DNA from: Rhynchobatus australiae | Lineage: Eukaryota | Direction: 5' to 3' | Length of the DNA stretch: 64,000 bases | Assembly (NCBI GenBank): GCA_034780895.1 | Contig: JAUZTB010000001.1 | Coordinates: forward strand, 90,360,589 to 90,424,588 | Shown here: piece after piece, positions 12,891 to 26,375 of the stretch | Layout: every line of letters begins with the position of its first letter | Position numbering within the stretch: the first letter of the stretch is position 1 | The notes under the pieces: model-generated | Seen by the model: only the letters and a program-made list of their open reading frames with translations | Databases searched by the model: none | Told to the model about the DNA's origin: nothing | Program-made: the position numbers and the translations under genes

Positions 12891-13034
12891 TAAGATAAGA
12901 TATCTTTATTTGTCACATGTACATCAAAACACACAGTGAAAAGCATTTTTTTGCGTAGAGTGTTCTGGGGGCAGCCTGCAATTGTCGCCACGCTTCCGGC
13001 GCCAACAGAGCATCCCCACAACTTTCTAACCCGT
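12891..13034 (-). mobile_element. V-SINE 3' half, same family as 11621-11919
   Basis: Reverse complement of the tail region of 11621-11919. Runs into a gap. Confidence 0.85.
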
Positions 13035-13229
13035 NNNNNNNNNNNNNNNNNNNNNNNNNNNNNNNNNNNNNNNNNNNNNNNNNNNNNNNNNNNNNNNNNN
13101 NNNNNNNNNNNNNNNNNNNNNNNNNNNNNNNNNNCTCTACTTCTCACTCTGCTAAAAACCTACTTCCATTCCGTCCTGATATCTCTTGTGTCTAGGGATC
13201 AAATTTTGTGCAGTACTTGGTGACACTTA

Positions 13230-13915
13230 ATAAAAAATATAGGAAAATGAGTAGTTATGCGCTTTGGTAGTAGGAATAGAAAAAAAGTATTTTCTATCAT
13301 AAGAAAATAGTAAGTACCAGTCTATAGAGGGAAATTAAGTGTGTGGAGATCTTAGTGGGCTGATGCACAGGATTCAGAACATAAACAATGCAGTATTGCA
13401 CGCAATTAGGGAGGCAGTTGGTACATTGACTTTTATTGAAAAGTACCAGAGTACAAATGAAAGAAAGTCTTGCTAAGATAACATCAGCATTTTACTAAGA
13501 GCTCCAGCATTTCCAGTTTTGGCCTCCTGCATCTAAAAGGGATTTACCTACTTTAATGTCCGTGCAATTGGATTCACAAAATCCTGAGACAAGATTAAGA
13601 CTGACCGATACTGGAGTTTAGAAGACAAAGATGATCTCATTGAAATATGCAAGATACCAAGGGAAAGTGACAGGCTAGATGTCGTTTCCTCTAGCTGTAG
13701 GATCCATAAGTAGAGAGCCTCATTTCATTTTGAGAGGTCAGGATTGAAATGAGAAATAATTCCTTTCCACTGAGTGCTGTAAAGTTTTGGAACCCTCTCC
13801 TCTCAAGAGCTTTGGACGTACAGACAATGAGTACATTCAAAAGTGATAGAGTTTAAGAAAAGCAGATGCTGGAATCAGCTGAGAAAGTGGAGCTGGTGAA
13901 GGATCCATACCATTT
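13230..13915 (+). mobile_element. Old CR1 RT/3' remnant
   Basis: Degenerate ctggagtttagaag..gatctcattgaaatatgcaagata and ttttggaaccctctcctctcaagagct motifs. Confidence 0.6.
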
Positions 13916-14104
13916 CATTTCTTCTGCTTTGCTATATTAAAGCTGCTTTACATGCAAACTGTTGCTTCTGTTCCTGTAAAATGATACAGAATCAGATGCA
14001 AGTTCTGCCATGGAAACAGGCTGTGCAGCCCAAATGTCAGGGTTTATTCTCTTTGCATTCAGTAGGCCAAAAACATTTGCTTTTCCTAATCCCTTTTTTC
14101 ATTA

Positions 14105-14552
14105 CAGGTCCTCCCCAGGTTACGAATGCCCAACTTATGGACACCCCGTATATACGATCGAGTGTCTGGGAGACCAGCGGGATGGATTTGCCAAATGCTG
14201 CAGGACTGCAGACATCTTGTTCCAGGTGAGAACGGGGGTGGGAGGAGGAGGAGAAGTGAATGGGGGAGTGGGGGGTAGAGGCAGCACTACTACATGCCTT
14301 CTTCCCCCATCCCCAAGCCAAAACAATAGGGGGCTGGGTTAAATCAACATCACTAAACACACTCAACTCATTCACTGAGTCAGCGAGGCTGGCTTCTGGC
14401 CGCTCTTCCCGCACCTGCTTGCACCCCCATCACAGCTGCTTCTGGGGTCTTTTACCCCACACACTGTTTTTGTTCATTTCCAACCTTAGAAACAGTCCGT
14501 ATTACAAACAGTTCTTTGGAATGGAACCCTGTTATAACCTGAGGACTGCCTG
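14105..14552. mobile_element. Non-autonomous Tc1/mariner (Tigger-like) MITE, 448 bp
   Basis: TA flanks both ends (14103-4, 14553-4). Imperfect TIRs CAGGTCCTCCCCAGGTTACGAA and reverse-complement CAGGCAGTCCTCAGGTTATAAC. No transposase. Confidence 0.75.
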
Positions 14553-14649
14553 TATCGCAGTGTTCCATCCACATATCAACCTATTCTAGGTCCATAAAAA
14601 GTTGGTACATTCTGCAGCTNNNNNNNNNNCTTATATTTCGTCTTAGAAT

Positions 14650-15800
14650 AATAGAGTCATCAAATTAAGAACACTACAGCTTTGATGCTATCAATTTGGC
14701 CCACGGCATTAGGACTGAGCCTTTTGAAGAGTAATCCAAATCAGCTTTACTCCATGACTATTTGAATTTTTTCATCTCCTTCAAATATGCATCCAATTTC
14801 TTTTTGAAAATTACTAATGAATCTGCATCCAACAAACAGTACATTCCCAGACTTTAACCATCATTTCGTAAAACTGTGATCCTTCACGTTGCCTCAATTT
14901 CTTTTACTCGTCCACTTAAAAATGTGCCCTATTAGTACTAGTGACTGAAAACAATATGTTTATTGATTTAAATTCTTTGTGGATTTTACCACCTCTCTCA
15001 ACTTACCCCTAACCTTGTTTTATTTGCTAACACTCGATATAGACAGTTTCACTTGTTTGTCGCGTCTTTCATAATATCAAAATGCCTTCGGCAAATCACT
15101 TACCTTGATTTTCTATTCTAACAGAAGTCAAAACTCGTATCTCTGCAAACTCAGCAACATTCTACTGAATCCACGTGGTATCTCTATTACAAAGAACACT
15201 ACCACACAGTTCAGGCCCTTCAGCCCACAATGTTATGCCGACATTTTATCCTTCTTTAAGATCTATCTAACCCTTCCCTCCCACATAGCCCCCTATTTTA
15301 CTATCATTCATGTTTTAATTTCATTCCTACAACATGCAACTTAAAAGTACATAACTCCAAATGTGGTCTGAGGTTTTGTATGCATGTAACCCCACTTTTA
15401 TATTATATATACCTTGGCATAAAATCAATTATTCCATTAGCTTTATGTACTTTTCAATTTTTCTATTCTTTTACATCTCCTATCCTTTATTCAATATTAG
15501 TAATTGGTGATTTTATTTTTCCATGTAGCTAGCTCTATTTCCTGAAAAAGAATTACGTGACTTTTTTCCTCAATGCACTATAACATCCCCTTGTAACCTC
15601 TTTTGATCTCCAAAATTATTTACGATACTTTTTTAGTACTGCATACAAATTTAGACATCACCCCTTGTAACATTGTATTCGTTGCAAAATTAATAATAGT
15701 TTAAGGAGAGAACTCTTCTGGCATTCACACAATTATATGCAACCATTTAGAGAAACTGCCTTTAACCATGCTCCCTTAATTTTAACTGTTTTTATTTCAA
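14650..15800 (-). mobile_element. Old CR1 remnant with nested younger CR1-type tail (~15195-15310)
   Basis: Reverse-strand tail caggcccttcagcccacaatgttatgccgac and degenerate RT motifs (aactccaaatgtggtctg). Confidence 0.55.
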
Positions 15801-17269
15801 TTCACCACTCTTCCGAATTCTCTGCCCCTTAATATCAAATTGCTTCCCCAAAGAAATCAAAAGAGAATACTTTCTTTCAACATAAAATTACCCTCATCTC
15901 ACTGCAGGAAAAATTATGAAAGCATTTCCTATCATTTGGAGATGGCCTCAATGTTTTTCTTCAAATTCAGGAAAACTAGCCATGTATTTTTCACTTCTAT
16001 TCTGATTTCTTGCTGTAATCCCCATTTTCATTTTTATACATTTCATATATAGGCAGACCTCAATTATTTCACTGTAACCTATAAGCTATTCCCTCTCACA
16101 TGCCCATCAATTCCCCCATAAAATTCCTTCATTTATTTTAAAACTAACTGGAGCATCACAGTGCCCAACAATGATTTGGAACCAAGAAACGCCAAATAAA
16201 AATAGGTTATGATATTTTTTCTCTCAAAATATGTTTGGCAGAACATTCCAATTTCCTTTAATGGTTTAATTTATTTACATTCTAATCCAAAACCTGCTGC
16301 AGAATGACTGCGTATTATTCCCTAATTAACATGTAATAACATATTGTTAATTTTTCCATATGAATTTTATTTGAGATCCATCTGGATGGCAAGACAGTAA
16401 GTACAGTACATGCTCAAGTACAGACAAACCAAATTATTACAAGCAAAGAATTTCTTTAGTAACCCAATCCATGCACAATTTATATATCCAACAACACTGT
16501 TGATAAATGCAGCTTTATTCTGAAACTGGATGGCAAGAAGTATAAACTTCTAACTTGGCAAGATACCACGATCAGCATGTTCTTCTTTATGCACAGAAAC
16601 ATCAGAAATGTTAGCATTGCTCAGTGAGCAGGAAGCAACCCTCCAATAGTCATATGTTACGAGTTGACTATGAATACCAAGCTGTTCAACGTCACCAAGC
16701 AGTTCCCAAATAAACCAAACAACTTCTTCCATTGCCAATCTATTATTCTACCTTGCATATATTGGAAAAAAAAGTGATTTCAAGAAAGAAACCTAATTTG
16801 GGTTCTAGCTCTAACTGCCTTGCATGTTAAAGTACCAACTTATAAACTGTGCTATCATGGAGTCAGTGCAACATGTGCTTAAGCCTCTGGTTGGAGCCTA
16901 AACCCAGAGTTTTTAAACACAGCAACAAGAGTACTACCACTGAGTTAAGGCCAACACCTGTGAAAGCAATTGTGGAACAATGAGTAGAGGTTGAAGGGTG
17001 GGGTTGGGGGAAAATCAAGGGCGGCAGTGGGAATCATGGGACAAGTTACCATGGGCCATTTTCACACACCTCCTTGTGCCCAGGTTGACAGCATTGGTAG
17101 AGGCCTGGCAGCTTGTCCTCTTGGCTGGTGAAGGTGCATGGCAGGGGAAATCTGTGCAGGGAAAAGGGGAGAAAATCACATTACAAAATACAGCTGATCA
17201 TGCTTTTCCTGTCATGGTTTAATGATGTAATTTGAAACCTTTGATTTTTTTTCCTCACTCATTATATCC

Positions 17270-17625
17270 ATAGGTAGAATCTTTCACAGCCTCAGGTCAT
17301 CCAAAAGTTCTCTACAGTCAAATAATGTACTTCAGAAGAGAAAACAGCCAATTTATGCACAGCATTGTAATGATTGTGTAATTTGTTTTAGTGATGTTGG
17401 CTGAGGGATGGACATTGGACAGGATATCAGGGAATTCCCCTGCTCTTCAAATAGTGCCAAGCAATCTTTTGCATTCACTGGACCTGCAGACTAGGTTGAA
17501 TGTCTCATTTGAAAGGGGATGCATCCAAAAGAGCAGCATCCCCTCAATACCGCACCGGTGTCAAATGGCATGCTTAATTCTCTGGATTGGGACTGGAATC
17601 CAAGGCCTCCTGGCTCAAACAAATA
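17270..17625 (-). mobile_element. DeuSINE (SacSINE1-like), near full length
   Basis: Deu-domain signature gatgttggctgagggat..attggacaggatatcagggaattcccctgctcttcaaatagtgcca..tgtctcatttgaaagg, with tRNA-like head at the right end. Confidence 0.75.
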
Positions 17626-19045
17626 CCATCACCAAGTTGAGGTTTTCACCTGCAAAAGGAATTGGTAACTTCAAAATGCAAGTTTCTGTTTTGCCAACCT
17701 GCAAAGTTTTACGTTTAAACAAGGCAACTACCCCCTTATTACTTCTATAGCAAAGGATCTTATACTTCCGCAGACCTTGATTTGAATCCAAGGCAGAATA
17801 ATGGAAACTAAACCTGTCTCTAATAGCTGGTAGCATCTGATATGAAATGAGCTATGACAACTGTCATACCACTGCAATGCATGAGAGTGCCAGCCATAAT
17901 CTTTTAGGTGTTTACATCATTGGAAGAACAAAATCATTTTAGGAAGCTAAGACACCTATTTTCTCTGTTCTAAGCTGTTATTAAAAAAAAGTCTTATTGA
18001 TTCTCAAGTTAAATGGCAACCACTTTTAATAAGAGATATTCTGAACATTTCACTGTGAGCCAGAAAAGAGTTTATCAGCTTACACAGGCTCCTCAGACCA
18101 GTGACCTACACTCAGTATCTGGATAACAATCCTATTTGCTGAAATGATATTAATAATCCAAATTATTGCCAAAACCTTGATATAGGCTTGCTCTATGTAA
18201 ATTGCTCCTAAGTTCCCTGCCAACGGTCCTCTAACCAAATTCATAGAAACCATACCAGAAGAGGAAAATTTCCTTGATTTTCCTTAATGTCCCATGGGAT
18301 CACAGTTCAGTAATTTTCCATAGCATGTCAGATGAGTTATGAAATGCAGTAGCAGTTACATGTTTAATTGCACAATGCATTGCTACTCTAACCTGCTGCA
18401 TGATGCACATGGGAATAATTCAGCATCTGAAAAGACACAATACAACTTACTGAAAAGGAACGAAGAAAATGCCTCCTATTTAATGAAAATCTCATAGCAT
18501 AAATATGTACATGTAATTCAGATGGCAAATTAGTACTCAAAGTGTTTACTGCCATGAATGGCTTAATTAATACTAAGCACAGTAATCAAATTTCAATGCT
18601 CAAATCCAAAAGCCAAAGCACAGCAAAACAATTTTTATTGCACTGTTATAAGTCTTTTTTCCCCAAAATTAACCCTTGGTAAAAAGAATCATTCATATAT
18701 TAATCTAATACATTATCTGAATAAACTGCAAATTTTACATACATTTTCAGCTATGTATGTAATTTTCTGGATTCACTGCCTTTCAAATTCTATGGTCTCT
18801 CATTGATCCCATTGGGAATCCTCTGCCATAAATGGACATTAATGAAACCGGAAATAATCCAGAAAACAAAACTTGCTGTTTATACAAGCAAGCAGTTTTG
18901 GGTCTGAAATATTTCAAATCCAATTCAACTAAATGACAATAGCTCACTGCATCAATTGCTCTTAACAATACACTATCCAATGCAATTTATTTCTTCCCTT
19001 CAGTCTTCCTTCCCCCTCATCTTACATCCCTCTGTACTCCTCTGA

Positions 19046-19079
19046 CATGGTTGTACAATTGCATGGTTGTACAATTGCA
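19046..19079 (+). repeat. 16-bp tandem duplication
   Basis: (catggttgtacaattg)x2 followed by ca. Confidence 0.9.
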
Positions 19080-20439
19080 ATGCCTTCTATGTCACAAACC
19101 CATATTAAGCACAAGGTCTCGGGATCTAGCTCAAAATACATGGAGTTATTGGTGTTTAGTTTTATTGAATGAACTGCGTGTCGGAGGAGGAGCTGGGGAG
19201 AGATAACCAGCATCTCTTGATTCTGATCATCATTCTTTGACTTCTGAGGAATGCAGGCATTAACACAGATCTTAGCTTAAAAGAAATAGATTGTGTGTAA
19301 TATTATTCATGTTCATCTGTTTGAGCAGCCAATTCAAATTAGCAAAACTTTCTTCTGCATGCACTACAACAATCCCCTGCAAGTTCAGCAGCTTAACCCA
19401 AGACATCAACCGAGATGTGCAACTTCCACTACTGAGAAGCATCAAAAGCATTCACCATCAAAATTCTCTCCAATTCACATAGATTACTGATCAGTTCTTC
19501 CACTATTCATCGTTTCACATGTTGTATTTTCCAACCTAATGTCACTGTGGTAAGCCCAGCACCGACTCATGCAGAAGACCAACCACCATCTCCTCAGATC
19601 AGCTGGGAATAAAATGTTCTCAGTTGCACTGGCACCATGACCAAAAACAAATTCAAAGTAGTACAATTGAGTTAAGTGTGTTGGACAGCTGCTGAAGGAG
19701 TCAGAGCAGATTTAATTATGCATCTGACTATCAATGCAAAGAAGTGTTGTCCCTTGTACACAATTAATTTTACTTATAATTGCCAATGTAATGACTGTGA
19801 GTTACATGTAGCATTATAAAACAAGCCTGAGCGATTTGGAAGAAAAATCCTTTCAATTTGATTCTCCTNNNNNNNNNNNNNNNNNNNNNNNNNNNNNNNN
19901 NNNNNNNNNNNNNNNNNNNNNNNNNNNNNNNNNNNNNNNNNNNNNNNNNNNNNNNNNNNNNNNNNNNNAGGAATCAATATAGGCCAGGACAGGGGATGAA
20001 GTTCCAAAGGTAGAATTGTTGCGTGTGTTCAACATGCAAAGAAATAGCAATATTCAGTCAATTGAACTGAATTTCAAAAGCATTATGCCTTAAATAAAGT
20101 AAAATAATAATCCAGCATCCCTAAGACTTTGATATTGCTGAACCAATACATTCTCTGGCCTATTGGATCTCACTCCTATTAATGCTCCAACACACTAGTA
20201 TCTCACCAGTTTTTACAGGTTATCCACTAGTACAATAAATTTTCCAGTGAACCCAGTGAATTTAAAGGAGCACCAAAAACAGAATCTGGTGAGTTTAAAG
20301 ATTGCACTGGAAACAGGGCCCTGGTGAGTTTAAAATGAGTGCAGGACCAGAGCCCATTGAGCTAGCTACTGAAACTCTGGGATGTCCAAACAATCAGAAA
20401 TTCGTTGGACATGCGATCAAGGGGAAATATCGATCTCCC

Positions 20440-20640
20440 ATCTCTTCTTCATAATACTGTGGGATCTTTCACCTCAAATGAGGAGAAAGAGCTGGGTCTT
20501 GCTTCAACAACTCAGTTCAACGATACTGGCTACGACAATGCAATCGTCCTCCAGCCCAGAATTTGTCAAGGCCCTGAGCTGGGATTTGAACCGACAATCT
20601 TCTGAAAGGAAAGCAGGAGGCCCACATTACCAAGCTGCAA
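20440..20640 (-). mobile_element. DeuSINE fragment
   Basis: ctcttcttcataatactgtgggatctttcac..ctgggatttgaaccgacaatcttctga, similar to 17270-17625. Confidence 0.6.
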
Positions 20641-20894
20641 CTGAGAGGCTAACAATGCAATGACGCAAATGTCCAGTTGCTGCTGCTCATGATATGTCAG
20701 TTTTCCCACATAATACCCTTGTTTAGTGGGGGAGATGTTTGGCTCTACCCATGATAAGGTGCGCTCATTCGATTCAATGGAATGTTAATAGGAGGGTGGA
20801 CACTGTATTCAGTTTCACAAATATGAAGTTCTGGGATTCTTCTTGTGTTAAATTTCAGTTTGAGTGCAAGGAAATCTCCCTTTGACTCCACGAC

Positions 20895-20972
20895 TAATGG
20901 GTGTTTGATGGTCAGCATGGACTCAGTGGGCCAAAGGGCCTGTTCCTGTGCTGTATAACTGTATGGCTCCAC
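20895..20972 (+). mobile_element. HE1-SINE/CR1 3' tail fragment
   Basis: ttgatggtcagcatggactcagtgggccaaagggcctgttcctgtgctgtat. Confidence 0.65.
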
Positions 20973-22114
20973 TGCTGCTCTGACAGAAGCAAACAAGCTT
21001 TGATTCATGCAGCACCACCAATGTGTGTCAAAGTATCCCAAATGTTGTACAAGACTCTCAAGTAAATAAGAATGCTTTCAGTAAAAGCTCTCAGATCTTC
21101 CAACTAGCATGAAAAGTGTAATGTTGTTGGATATTTGTGGGGCATCCCTAAGAACACCTTGAGTTAGGACAAAGAGATATATTTAACATTAAAATACATT
21201 GGTATTTATCCCAGTTCTTAGTGACATCATCTAAGTATCCAGACCGTAATAAATCTGTTGGAAATACTTGCTGTGAGTGTTCATGTCTGGCCGGGTTAAC
21301 AATTTCCAGTTGGCCGTTCCTGCTAAACTATAAATGTTGTGTTTAATACTTGTTATGTGTTATGCTGCACTGGGTACTTTTTTTTGAGAGATCGGTGTAT
21401 GGTCTGCTGGCAGGATTTTCTCTGAAGCAGCCGAATGCAGCATGAATGCTATTTCATGTACATGACTGCCATCATTTGGCCAAAAGACTGAATTGCAGCA
21501 ACCAGACTTCCATCTGACATCCAGAATTTCCTGCCCAGTCGAACTACACACTTCCCTCTGTTGTATTCCCAACAACAACTAGTAACCCTAGTTTGTCCAA
21601 CCCTTAACAGCAAGGCCCTGGACAGCAGCAGTGAAGCCCATGACAAGCCTCACCTGAGAAACTGCTGAAAAGTCTCTGGCATTTGGTGAACCCACACCTG
21701 AGCTATCAAACCTGTCAAAAACTTTGGAGGTTTCTGAGTGTCTGACACTCAGAAATATTTAACCATTATTATAAATATGTAAACTATTAAAAAATTACAT
21801 TATTAAAATTTTTTAATAACTTCAATTAAATAAACTAAAACTAGAGAAACATTTGTCCATTTATTCAGCAGATTGTTAACTCTGACTCAGACACAGAAGA
21901 GACAAACTAGACTTTAATCTTAAAAAAAGATGTCTAACCTTCAACAGAATTTTAGAGATAAATCACAAGCATTGTCACTGTAGATCAGTACTGAATCCAG
22001 AAAATTCCATGTTGAAAGCTTCAATTATCACAACAGTTTATAGGTCGAAGCAACTGCAATTACATGGGTGTCTATGAACTGCAATCCACAAATATTTTTA
22101 CTGATCGTATAAAA

Positions 22115-22580
22115 GGCTCACAAGGATGCTGCCTAGATTAGAGGGCATGTGCTAACAGGAGAGGCTGGACAAACTTGGGCTCTTTTCTCTGGAATGGCAA
22201 AGGCTCAGGGGTGATCTGTTGGAAGTGTATAAAATTATGAGGGGCATAGATAGGGTGGACAAGCAATAGCTTTTTTCTCCATTATTGAGTGATCCAATAC
22301 CAAAGCTCACGCATTTAAGGTGAGAGGGGGTAGGTTCAGAACAGATGTGAGGGGTACTTTTCTTTTTACTGGGAGAGTGGTGGATGCCAGGAATGTGTTG
22401 CCCGATAGGGTGGTAGATGCAAATTCATTGGGGCTTTTAAGAGGGGTTTGATGGGCACATGAATGAGAGGAATATAAAGGGATATGGGCATTCTGTAGGA
22501 AGGAGGGATTAGCTATGTCAGCACAATATTGTGGGCCAAAGGGCCTGTTCTGTGCTGTACTGTTCTATGTCTATGTTCTA
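22115..22580 (+). mobile_element. CR1 3' end
   Basis: RMLPRLEGMC.QERLDKLGLFSLE..LRGDLLEVYKIMRGIDRVD, then tail ttctatgtctatgttcta. Confidence 0.88.
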
Positions 22581-22989
22581 AAATGCCTCAGTACTAGTTA
22601 ACACAGAAATTGTTACTAAGACAAACTCAGTGAGAATTATTTAAATAAGACTTAACAAACCAAAATCTGCTACTCTATGCAAATAATGGCAGAGTATGGA
22701 CACAAACCAACACATCATTATGGATTTTCCTGAAAGGACCAATGATATTAGGTACTAATATCAGAACATGTGTCCTCTAACCTCAAACACTACTGGATAA
22801 ATACATGCCAAATCAGCCAGAATCCACATTAAATAGCAGAGAATTGTTTTGCTTATGATCAGCTGTTGAGCATAAACTATTCCCCTATTTCTAAGAACAG
22901 TGGTAATGTTATTACACAAGCTCCTTTAGGCCACTGTTGTTTTTACTTTGGAGCTATCAATTCCAATTCCACCTTCCTACTCTTCCCTA

Positions 22990-23230
22990 TAATGCAAGAC
23001 CTTTTCTGCCTGACAGCTCAAGTGGATGAGAATATTCTTTGGCACTATTCAGAGAGCTGGGAGTACACCCAGTGTATTGAACCAACATTCTTTCCTCAAC
23101 CAAATCAAAAGCAGTATGACTGATCATTCATTTCATTTATTATCTGTGGGACCATAATATACAAATGTAAGCTGCCATGTGGCAATCTTTCAGTTCCAAT
23201 TTATTGAATGCAAAATGCTTTGGGTGTCAT
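22990..23230 (+). mobile_element. DeuSINE Deu-domain fragment
   Basis: gtggatg..tggcactattcagagagc..gtgtattgaccaacattctttcctcaacca matches the reverse complement of 17270-17625. Confidence 0.65.
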
Positions 23231-23864
23231 AAAACAAAGAATCTCAATTAAGAATACTTATCTAATTTCCTCTTAAATGCAGTAATTGATTTAGTCTCAT
23301 GTTCCTGTATTCAATACTTTGTACATTCTAAAAACCTTCTAAGTCTAAGATAACTTCCAATATAATGGACTGAAGACAAAGACGACATGAAAACACAGCA
23401 AAGTAACTTCTTATAATCATTTTAAGAACATAAACCTAGAACAAGACAAATACCATTTGATCACTCAAAGGAAAGCAAATTAACACTTTATACTGGCTCT
23501 ACCCAATTATAATACAGAAAGATAACAAAAGCAAAACTGCTGGACTGATAAAGATTTATTATTAATTCTTTTACCAGAGCTAAACTGAATTCATGTATGG
23601 AGCTTTGTTGAGTTAATAGCTGACAATAATTCATACCATTTCTCATTTCAAAGACAACTTATGATCCTAGCAGTCCAAGACAATATTCTCCCACCAAGTC
23701 TTTACTTCTGTCTTTTAATCATGGTTTTATCCAGCTTATTTAGAAGTTTTGTTTTTACATCAGAATTTTAACTGGTTCTGCGGGATGCATTTGCCACATC
23801 TCCCTCCCAAAGTATTTGTTCAATTAATGATTAAAAGTTTGCTTTGTTAATTAACTTTTTAACT

Positions 23865-24065
23865 TAAAAGATCCCCGGCACTATTTGAAGTGGAGAATAG
23901 TTCTTGTCCTGTCTAACATATCTCTGTCTACAAATGCCACTTACTATTTATCACATAGCTATCCAGAAAACCAGGTGTGCTTTTTGATTGCCAACTACAT
24001 TGGTTGCACGTCATAATTAAATGACTGTGTGAGATGCTCTGGGACATCCAAAGGAGATGAACATC
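23865..24065 (+). mobile_element. DeuSINE fragment
   Basis: aaaagatccccggcactatttgaag..gttcttgtcctgtctaacatatc..tgggacatcc. Confidence 0.55.
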
Positions 24066-25002
24066 AATCTTTTTTCTCACCACATGAACTTGCCACCAAT
24101 AAAACAGGTCAAGTTATATAACACCAACATTCTAAGTTTATTCATCTCAAAATGTAACCACTAATCAATTATTGAGAAACTCAACACGTATTTTGCTGCT
24201 ACAGAGAATGGACAATCATCGCAGAGGCCCTTAGTCAACAAAATTATATTTTACAGTGAAATTTTATATCAAGAAACAATCCAGAAAAAAAAAATCACAA
24301 GGTCCTTCAGCACTTACGCAACTCATTTAGCTTACATCACATATATTAACTTCAAATCATCCTCATAGCTTTTACTGCTTTAAAAAATTCTTGTTTTAAA
24401 ACCATTTAAAAGATACACTTATTTCTATTTGGTGGGTTTACTATCACATTATGGGTGACTGAAGTAAAATGTTAGAATATAGAATATGAATATATATGAT
24501 TTGATGAAAATTTTCAAGGCACACAAAGTCATAGACCTGTTATTAATAAAGTGAACCAATTTTATTTAAAATTTAATGTATAAACAATCAAATTACTAGT
24601 AAAGATCGTAATACTGAACCACTTATAAAGGAAAGGTAAGTAATCNNNNNNNNNNNNNNNNNNNNNNNNNNNNNNNNNNNNNNNNNNNNNNNNNNNNNNN
24701 NNNNNNNNNNNNNNNNNNNNNNNNNNNNNNNNNNNNNNNNNNNNNATTACTAGTAAAGATCGTAATACTGAACCAATTATAAAGGAAAGGTAAGTAATCT
24801 CTCGACAATTAAGACTTCAGTCAACTTGTACAAAACCTCACTCATTTTTCAGCAATATCTTAATTGTAATGAGAGGCAACTGACTGCCTACTTTCAGAAT
24901 ATGAGAAGCCAAAGGAAAATAGTTACTGCAACCAACAGGGTATATTTAAAAAGCAACATTTTTGAATGACTGGAATCACGCACATGTTTTGTCACTCACT
25001 CA

Positions 25003-25266
<264 letters not shown>

Positions 25267-26116
25267 TTATTGCTTTTGCTTATCTGCTTTCCTTGGATTT
25301 CTCTCTTTTAAGGAGTAGAGAGAGGGAGGGTGGGGGACAGGTAGCACAGAGCCATCTTTCTATCTACCTAAAAAAACAAATTATAAGATGATTCTTTGCC
25401 ATTCTTCTTCCTGCTTGCCATGGTGTTAACTGTGATTCAACCTTTGCACCAAAGATATAAAAGGACAATCTAATACATCATCCTCTTGCTCACAGTACCC
25501 CTGTGCTTATTCTATATGATAGGGATCTGAAAACAAGAAAAAAAATGAATCGACTGCAATTCAGAATCAACCTCAATGAGGAAGATTCTAAAACTAAGAT
25601 GTTCTAATAGACAACCAGAGATCAATTCTGGAGGCTGACTGCAAAAGTATTCATTATAGTGAAAAGTCTTTTCACTTTCTAGAGTTTTGGTCAGTAGTTG
25701 TTCTTTCAACTTCATGATTTATTAACAAGTGTAATCTACTATTATATCTATACATCTACAGGAAAATATTCTCTTGATTTTCCAATGTACTGTTTGAGAA
25801 TTCAAAATGCTCAAGTCAAATTATACTGCCACAGTAGAAAACCAGATTTAAAGTCTAAAGCAGCAGGAGCAAGAGACAAAATATGGAGCTTACGAAAGAT
25901 TTCTTGATAATAATTATGCAATGCTTTTGCACGATAGGTAAAGTTTCTTGTACTGATTGCATATCTAAACACAGACTGGGCCAATATAAAAAAAAGCCTT
26001 GATGAAAGACAAACAAAATCTAAGGATAATTAAACCAAGTTTAATTTGAGAGCATTATTCTCCATTGGCACTATTTAACCATGCAGCCAATATACTTCAT
26101 AGAATGAAGGCAAGAA

Positions 26117-26375
26117 ATAGAGTCATAGAGTTGTATGGCATAGAAACAGGCCATTCAGCCCACTGCCTCTATGCCAACAATCATGCCTATGCCTATCTAT
26201 AATAACCTACTTGCCTGCATTAATTCCATATCCCTCTATGTCTTGCTCATTCAAGTACCTGCCTAAATGCCTGTCTTTACCACCACCTTCTAACAGACAC
26301 CAACTACTGTGTGGAAAAGTTTACCTCTCATATCCCCTTTAAACCTCCCCCCCCCGCACCTTAAACTTTTGCTCT
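26117..26375 (-). mobile_element. CR1 3' end
   Basis: atagagtcatagag..aaacaggccattcagccc is the reversed tail; ccctttaaacctc..caccttaaac. Confidence 0.8.

Noticed and set aside
24592-24799. 54-bp direct repeat around a gap
   Set aside because: The copies flank a 100-N gap and differ at one base. Probably an unmerged contig overlap or two haplotypes.
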